Both the position numbers and the translations under genes were made by a program. A DNA stretch of 63,895 nucleotides, the filler included, from Mitosporidium daphniae (taxonomy: Eukaryota), in the NCBI RefSeq assembly GCF_000760515.2. It is 4 parts of 4 records of this genome, joined end to end, with 100 filler letters (N's around TTAATTAATTAA, not from the genome) between each part and the next. Parts side by side here need not be neighbours in the genome. Positions count along the whole stretch, not along the records: positions 50,768 to 63,895 come from NW_013546703.1; 3 more parts are not named here. One strand, given 5' to 3'. Positions within the stretch are counted from its first letter, which is position 1. Every line of letters begins with the position of its first letter. The notes below the pieces were generated by a model that worked only from the letters and a program-made list of their open reading frames with translations, was not told where the DNA came from and did not search any database. Positions 61,144-63,895 of this stretch are shown piece by piece.

Positions 61144-63895
61144 ATGATGTCTACTCAATATAATGATCCTCCTATGGTAAGATTGCCCAGTTCTTTTTCT
61201 AGTATGATAACTTTCAGTCCCCATATGGATATCATGATCCTAGCAAGGCACCGGCATCAAACCAAGCCAGCCCTCCGAATATAACTCCACCTAATTCAAA
61301 TATAGCTTCCTTTCCGGCTCAAAACTATCACCAAGCTGCTTATCAACAGCCTACGTCTGTTGCCTATTTTACGCCAAACCAACAGCAAACTTACAAACAG
61401 CAGTCTTATCAACAGCAGCCTTACCAACCGAATTCATATCAACCGCAGCCTTCTCAACAAAATGACTCACATTTACATTCAGCTCCACATGTTACTCCAT
61501 CGGGATCTGAGATGAATTACCCACAACAGCAAACACAAAAGCTTGACCAGAGGCAGATTCCAAATCCTGTATCTGTTCGTTCGCAAGACCAGGAATTATT
61601 CTATTCAACTGGATATTTTACCTCTAGCACCCAACCAATCCCACTTTCCTCCACAGACTGTGTCTATATTGACGATTGCGGTATATTGTGATTTTTATTT
61701 CAAGGAATTTCAACCCCATCTTTTATCAGACCAACAATTAAAGATATACCTACATCTGAGGATATATTAAAAAGCTCTTCGCTCTCTATTGGCCTTGTGA
61801 TTCAACCCTTTTCCCTATTGAGCAAAAACGAAGTATTTGCCACCTTTAATTCAATTATTAGGCTGCGGTTCCATTGATAGAGTCTGGTCCCAAAGGCCCC
61901 ATAAGATGTGATGGCTGCAGGGCTTATATGAACCCATTCATGAAATTTATTGACCATGGTCGCAAATTCAAATGCAATCTTTGCCAGTTTGATAGCATTG
62001 TTCCGGATGAGTATTTCTGTAATCTTGATGCAACGGGGAAGCGCTGTGATATTTCCTCCAGGCCTGAGCTTCATTTAGGCACCATAGATATGACCGTCAC
62101 TCAAGTGACTGATGTTTTTGATTTTTTAGGACTATTGCAATCGAACGCTATCAAGACCCAAGATACTATTTCTCATTGATGTCAGTCTTTCATCAATTCA
62201 ATGTGGTCTCGCTCAGACTGCTATAAATTCTATTTCCTATTACATCCAATGCATTTTGAGTATGGATGGCTCATTTACCAGGAGTCCAATTGGAATCATG
62301 GCTTATGACAAGGACATCCATTTTTATATTTGCAAGGTATTTTTGGCGCACTTGCATATAGGATACTGAATCTGGTGCAAAATCTATCGAGCTGATCTCT
62401 CTATCTGATTTGGAAGACCCATTTTTGCCTGTTAATTCAGAATCTATTTTCTCTTTTGATTCAAATGACGACTTGAAACTGTATCCGACCAAACGCTTAA
62501 TCCTATAGACTTTTAGATATGATGTCGGGGCTCATCAATAATCATTCTCAGCAGCCTTTCCAATATAGTGCCTTTGGAACGGCCCTTTTTGTCGCCAACA
62601 TGGCCATGGTATTATTATTGCTGCTCTTTCTGTAGGAATCAACTGGAGGAAGGATATTTGCCTTTCAAAACAATCAACCTAATCATGGCCCTGGCCAAAT
62701 CGGGGTTCGCGCAGACCAAACCCACTCCATGTCGCCAACAGACAAAGAAAAGGCGTTATTTATGCCTCAAAATAATTTTTACCAAACGCTTGCAGATAAA
62801 ATGTCATCATCTGGAATATCTGTTGACCTGATAATCTGCCCAACCCTGCCTTTTATTGATTTGGTGACGATCGGTAAGAATTTCAATTGATCAGATCTCA
62901 GGATCCATTTCTTCTATTACGGGAGGAAAAATTTACTCCTTCTTCAACTTTTCTCCAGAACGGGATTCCTACAATATCACGAGAATGTTGCAGTGGTCCC
63001 TCTATGCTCCTTGGATGTTTGATGTAGTTACAAGGGTCAGAGTTGGAAACGGTACATCGCTTTGTTTTTTAACGATCACAGGGCTTACCCTCTCTGACTT
63101 TTATGGAAATTTTAACATGAAAAATGCAACGGATATTGAGATTTCTAGAGCCGATCACAATTCCTCCCTTTTGGTGACTTTAAAATATGAGGGCAAGCTC
63201 AAAGAAAATGAAACAATTTATATTCAAGTTGCAACGCTATACACAACCCAATGTGGAGATCGACGGATTCGCTTGATCAACTACTGCCTTAGTACGACCT
63301 CAAAGGTTCCCCAGATATTTAAAAATGCTGATCTGGATGCTTATATTGCATTGTTTATGAGGATTGGTACGATGGCCCATTTTATGGCATCTTAGGGTTA
63401 AGACAAGTTTCGCTTTCTGGCTTTTCGCAACTTCGACACAACTTCCTTGAACATTTGGCCTCAATACTTGCGGCATATAGAAAATTGTGTTCTAGCCAAG
63501 CTGCCATGGGCCAGGTGCGGCCCGAATTTTTAATCTATCTTTAGCTGATCCTTCCTGAGGGATTAAAGCTGCTGCCAATCTATGCTTTGAGTATTCTAAA
63601 GAGCAAAGTCTTTAGAGATAGTTCGGATGTTCTAGTTGACCAGCGGGCTTTTCACATCAGAGGGTGTAATAGAATGAGCTGCGTTGAGCTGATTTCTTTT
63701 CTGTATCCAAATATGTATCACCTTAATATTTCTGAAAATAACGTACCCGTTGTTTCCTAAAACTTGGCTAGGTTTCGATTGTGCCGCAACCATTGTCCTA
63801 TATGAATTTGGATCTTTGCTCCGTATACCTGCTTGGTATGGCACTTTATTCTTACTGTTAGACAATGGATTCGAAATCATTTGCTGGATACAGAA
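61144..63895 (+). CDS. SEC24: COPII cargo adaptor Sec24 (SEC24C/D, Sfb3-like); runs off the right edge; many introns
   Basis: Q/P-rich N-terminus; GPIRCDGCRAYMNPF..FKCNLC..RPELHLGT; FLIDVS; TGGRIF; RVRVGNG; IQVATLYTT..RRIRL; QLILPE.LKLLP. Confidence 0.93.

Overview
Eukaryotic, gene-dense DNA (about 40 protein genes in 64 kb) with very short spliceosomal introns, mostly 23-35 nt GT..AG. Many genes are therefore fragmented in, or absent from, the ORF track. Four contigs are joined by three artificial 100-nt N/TTAATTAATTAA spacers. The genes are fungal-like and include mitoribosome, ubiquinone and peroxisome genes. Together with the compaction this suggests an early-diverging microsporidian/Rozellomycota parasite (Mitosporidium-like); this is inference only. 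Recognisable genes: XPF/RAD1, ALG2, aquaporin, SDA1, SEM1, TAF7, bL21m, MAK16, uL13m, Erv1/2, Iec1-like zinc finger, Yae1/Lto1, a degenerate MCD4/PIGN, PEX1, CPSF73/YSH1, COQ7, MIS18, MAK11, ValRS, RPC11, symplekin, ELP4, OSCA/TMEM63, DCC1, a Qa-SNARE, TRS120, a BRCA1/BARD1-like protein, ERH, SGF29 and SEC24. There are also two tRNAs and an snR56-like C/D snoRNA. The most striking signal is a pair of 'long' introns that are chains of back-to-back minimal introns joined by zero-length exons (AG|GT): five units in MIS18 and three in CPSF73. This points to recursive splicing in a tiny-intron genome. Other long introns here are AG-free, and there is a candidate micro-exon array near 50.8-51.2 kb. 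Intron boundaries were read by eye and need RNA-seq confirmation.
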